Position numbers and translations under genes: made by a program. This document shows, piece by piece, positions 34,040-43,329 of a DNA stretch of 64,000 nucleotides. Every line of letters begins with the position of its first letter. Positions within the stretch are counted from its first letter, which is position 1. The notes below the pieces were generated by a model, which saw only the letters and a list, made by a program, of their open reading frames with translations, made no database searches and was not told where the DNA came from. The stretch comes from Candidatus Binatia bacterium (GTDB lineage Bacteria > Desulfobacterota > Binatia > UBA9968 > CAXXLF01). The stretch covers positions 1,184,001-1,248,000 of the forward strand of contig CAXXLF010000001.1 in assembly GCA_963664015.2 (NCBI GenBank), in the 5' to 3' direction.

Positions 34040-34818
34040 ACATCCTGGAAGTACGAGATCTCCATAAGTCCTTTGGACCCGTCACCCCGGTTTTGCGTGG
34101 TATCAACCTCAAGGTCAACCAAGGCGAGTTTCTGGGCATCATCGGCCTCAGTGGATCCGGTAAATCGACGTTGCTCCGGTGCATCAATCGTCTCATCGAA
34201 CCTACCTCAGGCGAGATCCTGGTACCCCGCGCCCTATTTGATGCTGGGGACAACACCGCACTTGCGGACGTTCGCCATTTGAAACGCCACGACCTACGCC
34301 TGTTCCGGCGCAAGGTGGGGATGATTTTCCAGCAATTTAATGTCGTCAAACGTTTTACGGTGATCGAAAATGTCCTCTCGGGAACCTTGGGTTACCAGTC
34401 CAGCCTCAAAAGCTGCCTCAAACTCTTTACGTCAGAAGAAAAGCACCAGGCATTGAGCAATCTCAAGAGAGTCGGGCTATTGGCCCATGCCTATAAACGG
34501 ACCAGCGATCTGAGCGGCGGTGAAGAGCAGCGAGTCGCCATCGCTCGGACTCTAATGCAGAGGCCGACGATCATCCTGGCCGACGAACCGGTCTCGAACC
34601 TGGATCCAAAACTCTCCCGTGTGATTCTGGATATCCTCAAGGCCGTATGCCGTGAAGACGGGATCACCGCTGTGGTCAGCCTTCACACGATGGAGCTGAC
34701 CAAGGAGTATGCGGATCGCATCGTGGGACTCAGTCGCGGACAGCTCATCTTCGACGGTCCCGCCAGTGACCTGAATCAGGGCATCGTGGATGAGATTTAT
34801 CGGGAAGACAGTGACTAA
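34036..34818 (+). CDS. phnC: phosphonate ABC ATPase
   Basis: GLSGSGKST, GMIFQQFN, ENVLSG and ADEPVSNLDP motifs. Confidence 0.9.
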   Translation: MNILEVRDLHKSFGPVTPVLRGINLKVNQGEFLGIIGLSGSGKSTLLRCINRLIEPTSGEILVPRALFDAGDNTALADVRHLKRHDLRLFRRKVGMIFQQFNVVKRFTVIENVLSGTLGYQSSLKSCLKLFTSEEKHQALSNLKRVGLLAHAYKRTSDLSGGEEQRVAIARTLMQRPTIILADEPVSNLDPKLSRVILDILKAVCREDGITAVVSLHTMELTKEYADRIVGLSRGQLIFDGPASDLNQGIVDEIYREDSD

Positions 34819-34836
34819 CCACAGGAGGACATAGCA

Positions 34837-35802
34837 TTGGCACAGCACAATCAGACACGGGCCCAAGGTTCCGAACGAGATATCTTTCTTGAGGCGCCGC
34901 CGCAACCGAGCCGAGGCTCCGGCTATTACGTACGGCTAATCTGCCTGCTCGTAGTCCTATGGTGGGCATTTGAAGGGGCCAATTTCAGGCCCGCCGAGCT
35001 CGTTCAGGGAATACCCCAGATCGCCGTGACTTTAGGACGCATGTTGCCCCCCGACTTCAGCAAGGTCATGGACTCGGCCAGCTACTATTTTCCTGAAAAC
35101 ATCTCGGCCCCCAAGCTCCTGCTTCCCCTCCCCCTCTCGGCGGAACGATCCGTGGCCAAGAAACGATGGTGGAACAACACCTTCCCCCAAACCATTGTGG
35201 GTGCGACCCTGGAAACCATTCAGATGGCCCTGGCTGGCACCTTTCTGGCCCTGTTCGTCGCCTTTCCCTTGGGTTTTCTGGCGGCCCGCAACACCACCCC
35301 ACACCCGCTTCTCTATCACGCCATTCGCCTGGTCATGAACTTTATCCGCACTATTCCCGACCTGGCCCTTGGGCTCCTCTTCGTTGCCGCCGTGGGTCTG
35401 GGCGCCTTCGCCGGCACCCTCGCCCTGTTCATCCATACCAGTACGGTCCTGGGAAAGCTGTTGTCGGAATCGGTGGAAAACATCGATGAAGGGGTGGTCG
35501 AGGCCATTCGTGCCACGGGGGCAGGATACAGCCAGGTTATTACATTCGCCGTGCTACCTCAGGTCCTGCCGGACCTGATCTCCTTTACGCTTTACCGGTT
35601 GGAGACCAATATACGGGCAGCCTCGGTGCTCGGTCTCATTGGGGCCGGGGGCATCGGATACCTGATGAATACGAGCTTCAGGACCTTCCAATACCAGGAG
35701 GCAGCTGCCATCGTTCTGGTCCTCATTGGTCTGGTGATGGCCGTCGACTATACGAGCTATCGGCTAAGACGCCTGATCGTCCTATCACCTGGTGAGAGTT
35801 GA
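34837..35802 (+). CDS. phnE: phosphonate ABC permease
   Basis: ETIQMA, RTIP and ETNIRAASVLGLIGAGGIG motifs. Confidence 0.9.
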   Translation: MAQHNQTRAQGSERDIFLEAPPQPSRGSGYYVRLICLLVVLWWAFEGANFRPAELVQGIPQIAVTLGRMLPPDFSKVMDSASYYFPENISAPKLLLPLPLSAERSVAKKRWWNNTFPQTIVGATLETIQMALAGTFLALFVAFPLGFLAARNTTPHPLLYHAIRLVMNFIRTIPDLALGLLFVAAVGLGAFAGTLALFIHTSTVLGKLLSESVENIDEGVVEAIRATGAGYSQVITFAVLPQVLPDLISFTLYRLETNIRAASVLGLIGAGGIGYLMNTSFRTFQYQEAAAIVLVLIGLVMAVDYTSYRLRRLIVLSPGES

Positions 35803-35880
35803 GTGATCCGTGTTGAGGGTCAAGAGGCCCGCACTAGGCTGAGAGCTGAAGGCTGACAGCTAATAGCCAATTTGCGGTTT

Positions 35881-36525
35881 TCATTTGGGCCAGGCGCGGA
35901 TCTGCTGTTCGGTGCGCAGTTTCTTGCGATCGTAGGTTTCCCAGTGGGCCATATCTGAAATTTCACGGCGCGGTTTGGGCCTGGGCCAGGTCTGGGCATG
36001 TCCGATGGGGACAAACCACAGGAGGCGAAGCGGTTCCGGCACCTGAAACATTTTCCTAAGCTCCCCTTCCACCTCCTCCCGCACCGAAACCCACACAGTG
36101 CCCAGTCCCATGCTCGCCGCTATGAGCATGAGCTGCTCGACCGCGTTGGCGATACTGGCATGGAAGAGCTTCTCCCGGTCGGCTGGCTGCCGGGTGGTCA
36201 GATAGACGTTCTTCGTTCGTGGATCGCCGCACACCAGCACCAGGACACTGACGTCCCCCACATAGTCTTTCTTCAAACCCTTATAGTGGACGGGGTCTTC
36301 CAGCTTTCGTTTCTTCCACTCCCGGGAATAGATCTCCCGGACCCGCTTCATCTTTTTTTGATCCCGAGTCAGAACAAACTCCCACGGTTGGGTGTTCGCC
36401 CCCGAGGGTGCCCAGCGGGCGGCCTCCAGGATCGTTTGGATCTGCTCGTCGCTCACCTTGCCCGGTTTGTATACCCGTACACTCGCACGCTTTTTTATAA
36501 TCTTTAAAAGTTTCTGACTCTCCAA
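35881..36525 (-). CDS. nitroreductase family protein
   Basis: KRASVRVY, ARWAPSGANTQPW and GLGTVW motifs. Confidence 0.9.
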   Translation of the reverse strand: MESQKLLKIIKKRASVRVYKPGKVSDEQIQTILEAARWAPSGANTQPWEFVLTRDQKKMKRVREIYSREWKKRKLEDPVHYKGLKKDYVGDVSVLVLVCGDPRTKNVYLTTRQPADREKLFHASIANAVEQLMLIAASMGLGTVWVSVREEVEGELRKMFQVPEPLRLLWFVPIGHAQTWPRPKPRREISDMAHWETYDRKKLRTEQQIRAWPK

Positions 36526-36664
36526 TAGCCACCTCCGCCGATGATACCCTTATCTATACCTTATGCCAGGAATAACCGGAATAAGTCGAGTCCCAGGCCC
36601 TCGGTGAATTATGGACTTCTTTTTATACGGTATGCTAATGTCTCGGCTGGAGGGCAAACGGTCC

Positions 36665-37516
36665 ATGATCAAAACCATTGGCCTCGTGGCCAAACATGGA
36701 GAGGCCAAGGCTGTCGATATCGCCGATTGGTTGATCCCCTGGCTCAAGAAAAAGGGTAAGCAAGTCCTGGTTGAGACTAGCTTTAACGCGTTGGGAGGCA
36801 AGGCCTGTAACAAGCAGGAAATGGCAAAGAAGGCGGACCTGATAATCGTCCTGGGTGGCGATGGGACCCTCTTGAGTATCGCCCGACTGGTCGAACGGCC
36901 TCAGGTCCCCATTCTGGGCGTCAATTTGGGGGGCCTGGGCTTTATCACGGAAGTGGCCGCCGACGAGTTGGAGTCCGTGCTCAACGACATCTTGAACGGC
37001 GATTTTTCAGTGCAAAAGAGAATGACTCTTGAGCTTCGGGTCTACAGCAAAAAGTCCAAGGCAAAAAAGTTTCGAGTCCTTAACGACGGGGTCATTACTA
37101 AAGGGGCCCGCTCCAAGATTATCGGCCTGGAGACCTACGTGGGGGACGAATACCTATGCACCTACAAGTCCGACGGCCTGGTTATTTCCACACCCACGGG
37201 ATCTACGGCCTATTCCATGGCCGCCGGCGGCCCGATTCTCTACCCGTCCCTAGGGGCCATCATTCTTTCGCCCATTTGCCCCCATATGCTGACCAACCGC
37301 CCAATCGTGATCTCCAATAAGTCGACCGTCCGCGTCACCCTGCGCTCAGGCGAGGACACCGTATTTTTGAGCCCCGATGGACAGCAGGCCGTGCTTTTGA
37401 CCGACGGAGATGTGGTGGAAGCACGGGACTACGGCGTCCCTATATCCCTGGTCAACGCCCCCTCCCGGGGCTACTTCGAGATCCTGCGTAACCGGCTCAA
37501 ATGGGGTGAACGATAA
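36665..37516 (+). CDS. nadK: NAD kinase
   Basis: GGDGT, LND and STPTGSTAYS motifs; upstream of recN. Confidence 0.94.
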   Translation: MIKTIGLVAKHGEAKAVDIADWLIPWLKKKGKQVLVETSFNALGGKACNKQEMAKKADLIIVLGGDGTLLSIARLVERPQVPILGVNLGGLGFITEVAADELESVLNDILNGDFSVQKRMTLELRVYSKKSKAKKFRVLNDGVITKGARSKIIGLETYVGDEYLCTYKSDGLVISTPTGSTAYSMAAGGPILYPSLGAIILSPICPHMLTNRPIVISNKSTVRVTLRSGEDTVFLSPDGQQAVLLTDGDVVEARDYGVPISLVNAPSRGYFEILRNRLKWGER

Positions 37517-37534
37517 AGGGGGATGGGTTCCGGC

Positions 37535-39247
37535 ATGCTCCGGGAACTACGCATAAAAAACTTTGCCATCATCGATGAGACGGAACTGGAACTCGGTCCC
37601 GGGCTCGATGTTTTGACCGGAGAGACCGGCGCGGGGAAGACCATCATCCTGAATGCCCTCGGTCTGATCCTAGGAGGACGAGTGTCCACTACCATCATCC
37701 GCGAGGGAGCCGAGGAGGCAACCGTCGAGGCCCTGTTCGAAAATATTCCCCAGGCCCTCAAAGATAAGCTGCGCGAAGGGGGCTACACCGACGAGGGGGC
37801 ACTCATCATCAGGAGGATCGTCAGCCGTTCGGGGAAAAATCGAATCTATTTGAACGGGAGTCTCTATCCGTTAAATTTACTCGCCGAACTGGGAACCCAC
37901 TTGATCCACATTTACGGCCAACACGAACACCATAGTCTGCTGAGGTCGGAGACTCACCTGACCTTGCTCGATGCCCACGGCAACCTTGAGGACCAAGCGG
38001 TTGTGATGCAGCAGCGCTATGAGACCTTTAGACGGGCATGGGAGAAATTCAAGCAGGCCAAGCAAAGGTTGGAAAAGCGGGCCGAGGAAGAGTCTTCGCT
38101 CCGCGCTCAGGCCGATGAGATCGCCCTCGCCTCATTGCGCGCAGGAGAGGAAAAGGAACTCGAGGCCAAGCGAAACGTCCTAGTAAATGCGGAAAAGCTC
38201 TTCAACGGTTGTAAGGAAGGAGAAGAGCTCCTCTACGAATCCGAGGATGCCTTGGTGAGCCGCCTCGGACGATACCTGCTCCGTTTTCAGCAGCTGGCCA
38301 CCATCGATGACTCACTCAAAGAGACCGTAGAACTGCTCAACTCCTCACTGATCCAATTGGAAGAGACCGCCTCGGCCCTCAGGGCCTATGCGGGCCGCAT
38401 CGAATTCGATCCACAGGGCCTGGAACGTTTGGAAGACCGGCTCGATGAGATCCGGCGTTTAAAACGAAAATACAACGGCTCCATCGAAGATATCCTTAAA
38501 ACAAAAGAGGACATAGACGCCGATCTGGCCGCCCTGCAAAAAGACGAAGGAGAGATAGCCGGCCTCGCGCGGGAATTCGAGGAAGCATGTCGATTGGCCT
38601 GGGAACAGGCGGAAATTCTCTCTTCGGGACGAAGACGTGTAGCTAAGAGCTTCAAAAAGGGGATGGAAAAGGAACTGACCGGCCTGGGAATGCCGCGGAC
38701 AAAATTCGAGGCCCACTTTCTCGACGGTAATGGTAAAAAAGACAACCCGCCCTTTGCGGTCGGGGGGAGGAAGATCACCGAGCAGGGAACCGACCAGATT
38801 GAATTCTATTTTTCCCCCAACCCGGGAGAGCCCGTAAAACCCATGGCGCGGGTCGCCTCGGGAGGCGAACTATCCCGAATCATGCTGGCGCTCAAGTCAT
38901 TGGTATTGAGTCAGGGCGATATTCCCACCCTGCTCTTCGACGAGGTCGACGCCGGCATCGGCGGCAGGGTCGCGGAAATGGTGGGAACGAAGCTGAAGAA
39001 AGTTGCGGCTACCCATCAGGTGATCTGCGTAACCCATCTCCCCCAGATCGCGGCCCTGGCCAATTCCCACTACGTGGTGGAAAAAGAGGTGTCCAGGGGT
39101 AGGACTTTCACCAGAGTTCGAAAGCTCAGCGACAAGGACAAGATTGGGGAAGTGGCCCGTATGCTTGGTGGAATCAAGGTAACCGAGCAGGCCAGGCGCC
39201 ACGCGGCAGAGATGCTCAATCCGCAAGGCGAAAATATCAAAGACTAA
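37535..39247 (+). CDS. recN: DNA repair protein RecN
   Basis: TGETGAGK, ASGGELSR, FDEVDAG and THLPQ motifs. Confidence 0.96.
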   Translation: MLRELRIKNFAIIDETELELGPGLDVLTGETGAGKTIILNALGLILGGRVSTTIIREGAEEATVEALFENIPQALKDKLREGGYTDEGALIIRRIVSRSGKNRIYLNGSLYPLNLLAELGTHLIHIYGQHEHHSLLRSETHLTLLDAHGNLEDQAVVMQQRYETFRRAWEKFKQAKQRLEKRAEEESSLRAQADEIALASLRAGEEKELEAKRNVLVNAEKLFNGCKEGEELLYESEDALVSRLGRYLLRFQQLATIDDSLKETVELLNSSLIQLEETASALRAYAGRIEFDPQGLERLEDRLDEIRRLKRKYNGSIEDILKTKEDIDADLAALQKDEGEIAGLAREFEEACRLAWEQAEILSSGRRRVAKSFKKGMEKELTGLGMPRTKFEAHFLDGNGKKDNPPFAVGGRKITEQGTDQIEFYFSPNPGEPVKPMARVASGGELSRIMLALKSLVLSQGDIPTLLFDEVDAGIGGRVAEMVGTKLKKVAATHQVICVTHLPQIAALANSHYVVEKEVSRGRTFTRVRKLSDKDKIGEVARMLGGIKVTEQARRHAAEMLNPQGENIKD

Positions 39248-39292
39248 GCATCAAACAGACTCCATTCCGTGTTTTCAAGCCTGCAAGTCTGA

Positions 39293-39321
39293 TTGACTTT
39301 TGACCTCTATTCTTGGATATT
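39293..39321 (+). promoter_or_regulatory. sigma-70-like promoter upstream of the tRNA
   Basis: TTGACT-17 bp-GATATT. Confidence 0.5.
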
Positions 39322-39388
39322 GGGGCAATGACGACCCAATGAGCCGTCATTGATCTATTACCCGCCACCCTTCACATTTTCATCCCGT

Positions 39389-39464
<76 letters not shown>

Positions 39465-39467
39465 TAA

Positions 39468-39530
39468 AATCAATAACTTGGAGGCCATTCCAATTCTCTC
39501 CATTCCTGCATTGTCCGTGTTTTGTCCGCT
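39468..39530 (+). promoter_or_regulatory. att arm: IHF site plus tandem integrase arm-type repeats
   Basis: AATCAATAACTTG matches WATCAANNNNTTR exactly (39468-80); TTGTCCGT-gtt-TTGTCCGC at 39511-29. Confidence 0.7.
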
Positions 39531-39535
39531 TTCTC

Positions 39536-40594
39536 TCATCCAACTGCCTTCATAGCGGCCACTGTTGAGTCTTTCGGTTGCTTCTCCAGGTGATTCTGTA
39601 GCTTTTCGGAGGCTTCCCGCAAATCCCTTTCGTCAACAATCCGGTAGCGACGGTACATGCTCCTTGTTTTGTGTCCTGTGATCTCCATAGCGACTGACTC
39701 TGGGACGCCGGCCCGGGACAAGTTTCGTGCTGCGCACCTTCTTAGGTCATGGACTATGATTCCATTCAGTTTGCTTTCCTTACATGCCGTTTCCCACGCT
39801 TTCCTAAAGTCCCTGATCCTTCGTCCGTTGTGGTGGAAAACGTAGGTACAATTTAAACGACGCCGTTCCGCCCTTTCCACAAGAACCTTCCAAAGTCTGC
39901 CAACCAACGGCAACACGCGCCCCTCTTTGTTTTTAGAATTTTCAATCCTAAGCCTGATAACTCGACCTTGGAGATCCACATCTCGCCATTCGAGCTTGAG
40001 TGCTTCGCCCTTGCGCCAGCCGGAAAGATATAGAAATTCCGTTACAGGCTTGAGATATTCAGGGAGTTTATCCAAAAGCTGGAGGAAGTCCCCATGTTCC
40101 AAAAAACCCTGTCTGATCCTTTCGCCGTCCAGCATTTGGAATCTTGGTTTACGGGAAAACTTACCTGCTTGCACTGCCAAAGAGAACATGCGTCCCAGGA
40201 TGGCAACCTCACGATTCACGGTTGCCCTGGAGGCACCCTCATCAAGCCTATGAACCTGGTATGCCTTCCCTTTGTCTGGGGTTATGTCAATTGCCCTGTA
40301 CAATCCAAAGAAACCTTTAAGGTGGGGGATGTAGTAATTCACCGTGGAAAGGGACCGTTTGTTGTTTACCTGGTAGTCATTTCTCAAGTCATTCACCAGG
40401 TCATCGAAAGTAAGGCGATCCTCATCAGGTCCGATGAACCTCCCAGCGTTCATCTCCCCCAGGCGTTTCTTTAGTAGTTTGCATGCCCGAGCCTCGCTCC
40501 CTGAACCCGAGCTTTCCCGAAACTCCTTTCCTCTGTGGTAGTAGGCTATCCACCAAGTGGATCCTCGTTGAAAAGTCCGTCCTATACCTCTCAT
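39536..40594 (-). CDS. tyrosine recombinase/integrase
   Basis: SGWRKGE, SKN, HDLRR, TGH and Y catalytic motifs; N-terminal arm-binding-type domain. Confidence 0.93.
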   Translation of the reverse strand: MRGIGRTFQRGSTWWIAYYHRGKEFRESSGSGSEARACKLLKKRLGEMNAGRFIGPDEDRLTFDDLVNDLRNDYQVNNKRSLSTVNYYIPHLKGFFGLYRAIDITPDKGKAYQVHRLDEGASRATVNREVAILGRMFSLAVQAGKFSRKPRFQMLDGERIRQGFLEHGDFLQLLDKLPEYLKPVTEFLYLSGWRKGEALKLEWRDVDLQGRVIRLRIENSKNKEGRVLPLVGRLWKVLVERAERRRLNCTYVFHHNGRRIRDFRKAWETACKESKLNGIIVHDLRRCAARNLSRAGVPESVAMEITGHKTRSMYRRYRIVDERDLREASEKLQNHLEKQPKDSTVAAMKAVG

Positions 40595-40806
40595 GTGTTC
40601 CTTCCTCCTTTTTTGGATTCCATGACAAGAAGGTACTTCACGGCAAGCTCGGTTGTACGGATTACTGGAAACTCCCCCCTTTCCATCCGTGCGACGCTGT
40701 TCTTATGGACACCAAGGGCCTTTCCAAGCTCTTTTTGCGTCATTTTCAACCGCAGCCTTGCGCGCTTCAGTTCTTTTCCTGACATGGTATCCAATGCGGA
40801 TATCAT
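40591..40806 (-). CDS. XRE family HTH regulator
   Basis: LKRARLRLKMTQKELGKALGVHKNSVARMERGE. Confidence 0.85.
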   Translation of the reverse strand: MISALDTMSGKELKRARLRLKMTQKELGKALGVHKNSVARMERGEFPVIRTTELAVKYLLVMESKKGGRNT

Positions 40807-40826
40807 TAGGTCACTTGTATGTCAAG

Positions 40827-41102
40827 TTATTTTCTTGTGGCCATCCATTTCTGGATACCCTGAGATGAGAACCGGAGCATCTTGGGGCCTAACTTGCGGG
40901 TGAAGGGGAGTTGGCACGCGTGGCGGTAAAGCCAGTCTTCGCTGACCGATAGAATATTGGAGGTCTCCTCAGCGTTGAGGAGCCGGTCCCCTTCCTGGTA
41001 GCTGTTTCCGTTGGTGGCGGCACAGATCTCGTCTCGGATGACTTCCCGAAGCCAGCCCTCCAAACTCTCGAAGGGGTTTAGTTTACTGTTTTGCCCATCC
41101 AT
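40827..41102 (-). CDS. excisionase-like (HTH_17/AlpA-type) DNA-binding protein
   Basis: RLLNAEETSNILSVSEDWLYR...RKLG...LRFS. Confidence 0.8.
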   Translation of the reverse strand: MDGQNSKLNPFESLEGWLREVIRDEICAATNGNSYQEGDRLLNAEETSNILSVSEDWLYRHACQLPFTRKLGPKMLRFSSQGIQKWMATRK

Positions 41103-41183
41103 TGTAGAGATTGGCTTTTAAAGTCCCTTTTGTGGCCACAACTGTGACCGGGGTAATGTCTCTAGGAAATCCATATTTTATCG

Positions 41184-41726
41184 TTAAGACTTTATCTCAA
41201 TGGGCCTCTTACTCTCCTGGAAAGCGGTGAGCTGGGCCGCATTCACCTGCTGGTTTCCAATATTCACCTGAACCGTGGGAATCAGCAGACGGCGCACCTG
41301 AGCCAGCGTCCGAATGGCCGAGAGGTAGCGTCTATGCGCACGATCTTGGTGCTGCTGGTAGTAATCGGCCTGCTTTGGGCTGATAGTTTTCATGTTTTGC
41401 GCGTAGATGGTGTCGATATAGTAAACTTGAAACCAGCACACCACCACCCGCTCTACCAGCAGCTTTTCTAACGGTGTGGGCGCTGACCCGGCGAGATCCT
41501 CTTTCATAGCCTGCAGTTTTTCATAGGTAGCCTCTTTGACCACCGTGTTGCCTCCCGAGGCGAGATTGACCAGACTATGCTCAGCCTGGAAGGCAATGTT
41601 CCCTACCTGTTCCCGTAGTGCTGGTTGAGCATCAAACTGCTTCCTCAACTCCGAAATCGCTTCCTTGTCGCCCTTTCCTGCGTATTCGAGTAGCTTAGCT
41701 GTCTTTTGTTGATTGAACTTCTTCAC
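41184..41726 (-). CDS. hypothetical helical protein (180 aa)
   Basis: Co-oriented ORF overlapping the upstream gene; TPLEKLLVERVVVCW...RRYLSAIRTLAQVR...QVNIGNQQVN. Confidence 0.75.
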   Translation of the reverse strand: MKKFNQQKTAKLLEYAGKGDKEAISELRKQFDAQPALREQVGNIAFQAEHSLVNLASGGNTVVKEATYEKLQAMKEDLAGSAPTPLEKLLVERVVVCWFQVYYIDTIYAQNMKTISPKQADYYQQHQDRAHRRYLSAIRTLAQVRRLLIPTVQVNIGNQQVNAAQLTAFQESKRPIEIKS

Positions 41727-42027
41727 GTTTCCGTCTCCATTCTCCCCGGTGGTGCTGGTGGTAGCCAGCCAGCATCAAGGTTTCCCGGACCAGGGTCTCA
41801 ACAACCTCACAGAACTTCACTACTGGAGCATCCGCCGTCTCTAAGCGGATGCGTTCGTCGCGCAAAGCTTTTGCTCTTAATTGCCGTTTCGCCCGCTGCT
41901 CCGCGTCCGTATTGGCTGCAAGCTGCCCGGCAAGGCCGCCACCGATATATTCGCGGACAACACGGCCCCTTACCTTTCTGCTTCGCGTGTAATAGAGTCC
42001 GCCCCGCTTTCGTCTCTCCCAGGCCAA
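41695..42027 (-). CDS. hypothetical basic protein (110 aa)
   Basis: MAWERRKRGGLYYTRSRKVRGRVVREYIG, a three-strand basic N-terminus suggesting DNA binding; TTG start. Confidence 0.7.
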   Translation of the reverse strand: MAWERRKRGGLYYTRSRKVRGRVVREYIGGGLAGQLAANTDAEQRAKRQLRAKALRDERIRLETADAPVVKFCEVVETLVRETLMLAGYHQHHRGEWRRKREEVQSTKDS

Positions 42028-42226
42028 ATAGGTTGTGTTACCTTTTAACTTTTGCCCCGCTTTGAGGCCCCTCCTGGATCACCGTGGCACCAGAATAAGG
42101 TACCCATTTCCAGCACGATTGAGGCCTTTTCTCAGTAAACCTGGGAGCGCCCCAAAAATGTGCAAACATGTGTAGAACAAGTGCAGAGGTATTCTCGTCT
42201 AAAATTATCCAGTAAGAATCTGCACT

Positions 42227-42308
42227 TTTGACTGCGTATCAGACGTTCCGACATAACTGCTCGGCTAATGGTCTCTTTCTCCGGCCTGTCCGTTAGTTGT
42301 CCGTGTCC
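42227..42308 (-). repeat. internal att-like site A (core plus arm repeats)
   Basis: tttga-ctgcgta-tcaga at 42227-43 and ctgtccgttagttgtccgtgtcc at 42286-308; its reverse complement aligns without gaps to 47721-47802. Confidence 0.7.
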
Positions 42309-42345
42309 CCTGCCTGCGTGCTCCAGGATTTTAAGGGGAAAATCG

Positions 42346-43149
42346 TTAAGCATGAGCTTTGGATTCCCTTTCCGTGTGGATAATCTGTAGCTCCTCGTAA
42401 GTTTTCGCCTTGAAGCTGATGAGCTCATCTTCGAAGTAAAGGTCACTCTTTGCGATCTGATTACGGAATGAGGAGAGTCGCCTCTGGGCTTCCAATTCTT
42501 CGTTGTTGGGGATATCCACAGTGCATTGTCCACCTTTAGAAGCGTGGCCCGTGGCTCCAATGGTCATCGGGCCAACGCTTTCTTTCGGACTTTCTTTTAA
42601 GTTTTTTTTAGGAGTTTCTTTTGTGTGTGCGTCCGGGTAGGACAGGCCTGTCCTAACGGCATAGGATGGAGCTATCCTACCCCCACAGGACAGCTTGTCC
42701 CGTTTGGGTAGGACAGGACTTACTGATTTGCCCTTTTTGGGTTCTGTCCTAGCAACATAGGACAGCTGCCATAGAGAGATATTCATGTTAATTGCATAGG
42801 TTTTCGGTTTTCTGTCCTTTCCGGCTAGGACAGACACAATCTTCCTTTTGAAAAGTCGTGACAGCGCTTCATGTACACGCCTTCGATCAAGTCCAGTTAA
42901 CTCCTCAAACTGACTCAGGGCGATCCTATCCCACTTTTTTCGCTCGTGCTTCGGGCGACCCTTAACATGGAAACCGAAAGTTTTGCGTAACAGTGCAGCC
43001 ACTACGCGGCCCTCGTGTGCACAAAGGTTGGCAAAGCAAAGCCGTTCAACCACCTCATTGTGAACTGGAGTCCAATGCTCGGTGTCGAGATCGTACAGAT
43101 TTGAGTCTGTAATCCCCGTCATGTCGATTCTTTTCCAGTCATCTTGCAT
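42346..43149 (-). CDS. phage lambda O-like replication initiator
   Basis: N-terminal Phage_rep_O pattern (TPVHNEVVE..., LLRKTFGF, DRIALSQFEELTGL...); iteron-coding middle; TKETPKK linker. Confidence 0.8.
   Translation of the reverse strand: MQDDWKRIDMTGITDSNLYDLDTEHWTPVHNEVVERLCFANLCAHEGRVVAALLRKTFGFHVKGRPKHERKKWDRIALSQFEELTGLDRRRVHEALSRLFKRKIVSVLAGKDRKPKTYAINMNISLWQLSYVARTEPKKGKSVSPVLPKRDKLSCGGRIAPSYAVRTGLSYPDAHTKETPKKNLKESPKESVGPMTIGATGHASKGGQCTVDIPNNEELEAQRRLSSFRNQIAKSDLYFEDELISFKAKTYEELQIIHTERESKAHA
42590..42833. repeat. intragenic replication origin: palindromic iterons plus AT-rich tract
   Basis: CTGTCCT-N8-AGGACAG variants at 42648, 42672, 42695, 42744 and 42812; half site at 42639; T-rich tract at ~42590-42622. 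Confidence 0.75.
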
Positions 43150-43329
43150 GTTTGTTCAGCCCCTGTCAGAAGATCTCCTTCCGCTCCTCTTTGCTACCAT
43201 CTATGCTTATTCGACTGCTCATCTATCCCGGCCCCTTTCAATTGCTTCTCGAACTCCCGGCTAAGTTGAGAACTGAATACTTCCTAATTCTAGACAAGCC
43301 TCTGTCATCCTACCTCCCTGGAACTCCCT

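Noticed and set aside
33125-35802. Phosphite oxidation or C-P lyase pathway
   Set aside because: Only transporter genes are present, with no ptxD or phnG-M, so the substrate cannot be specified.
42630-42840. CRISPR array
   Set aside because: The repeats are short palindromes inside an ORF with no unique spacers; no cas genes or repeat-spacer arrays were seen anywhere in the window.
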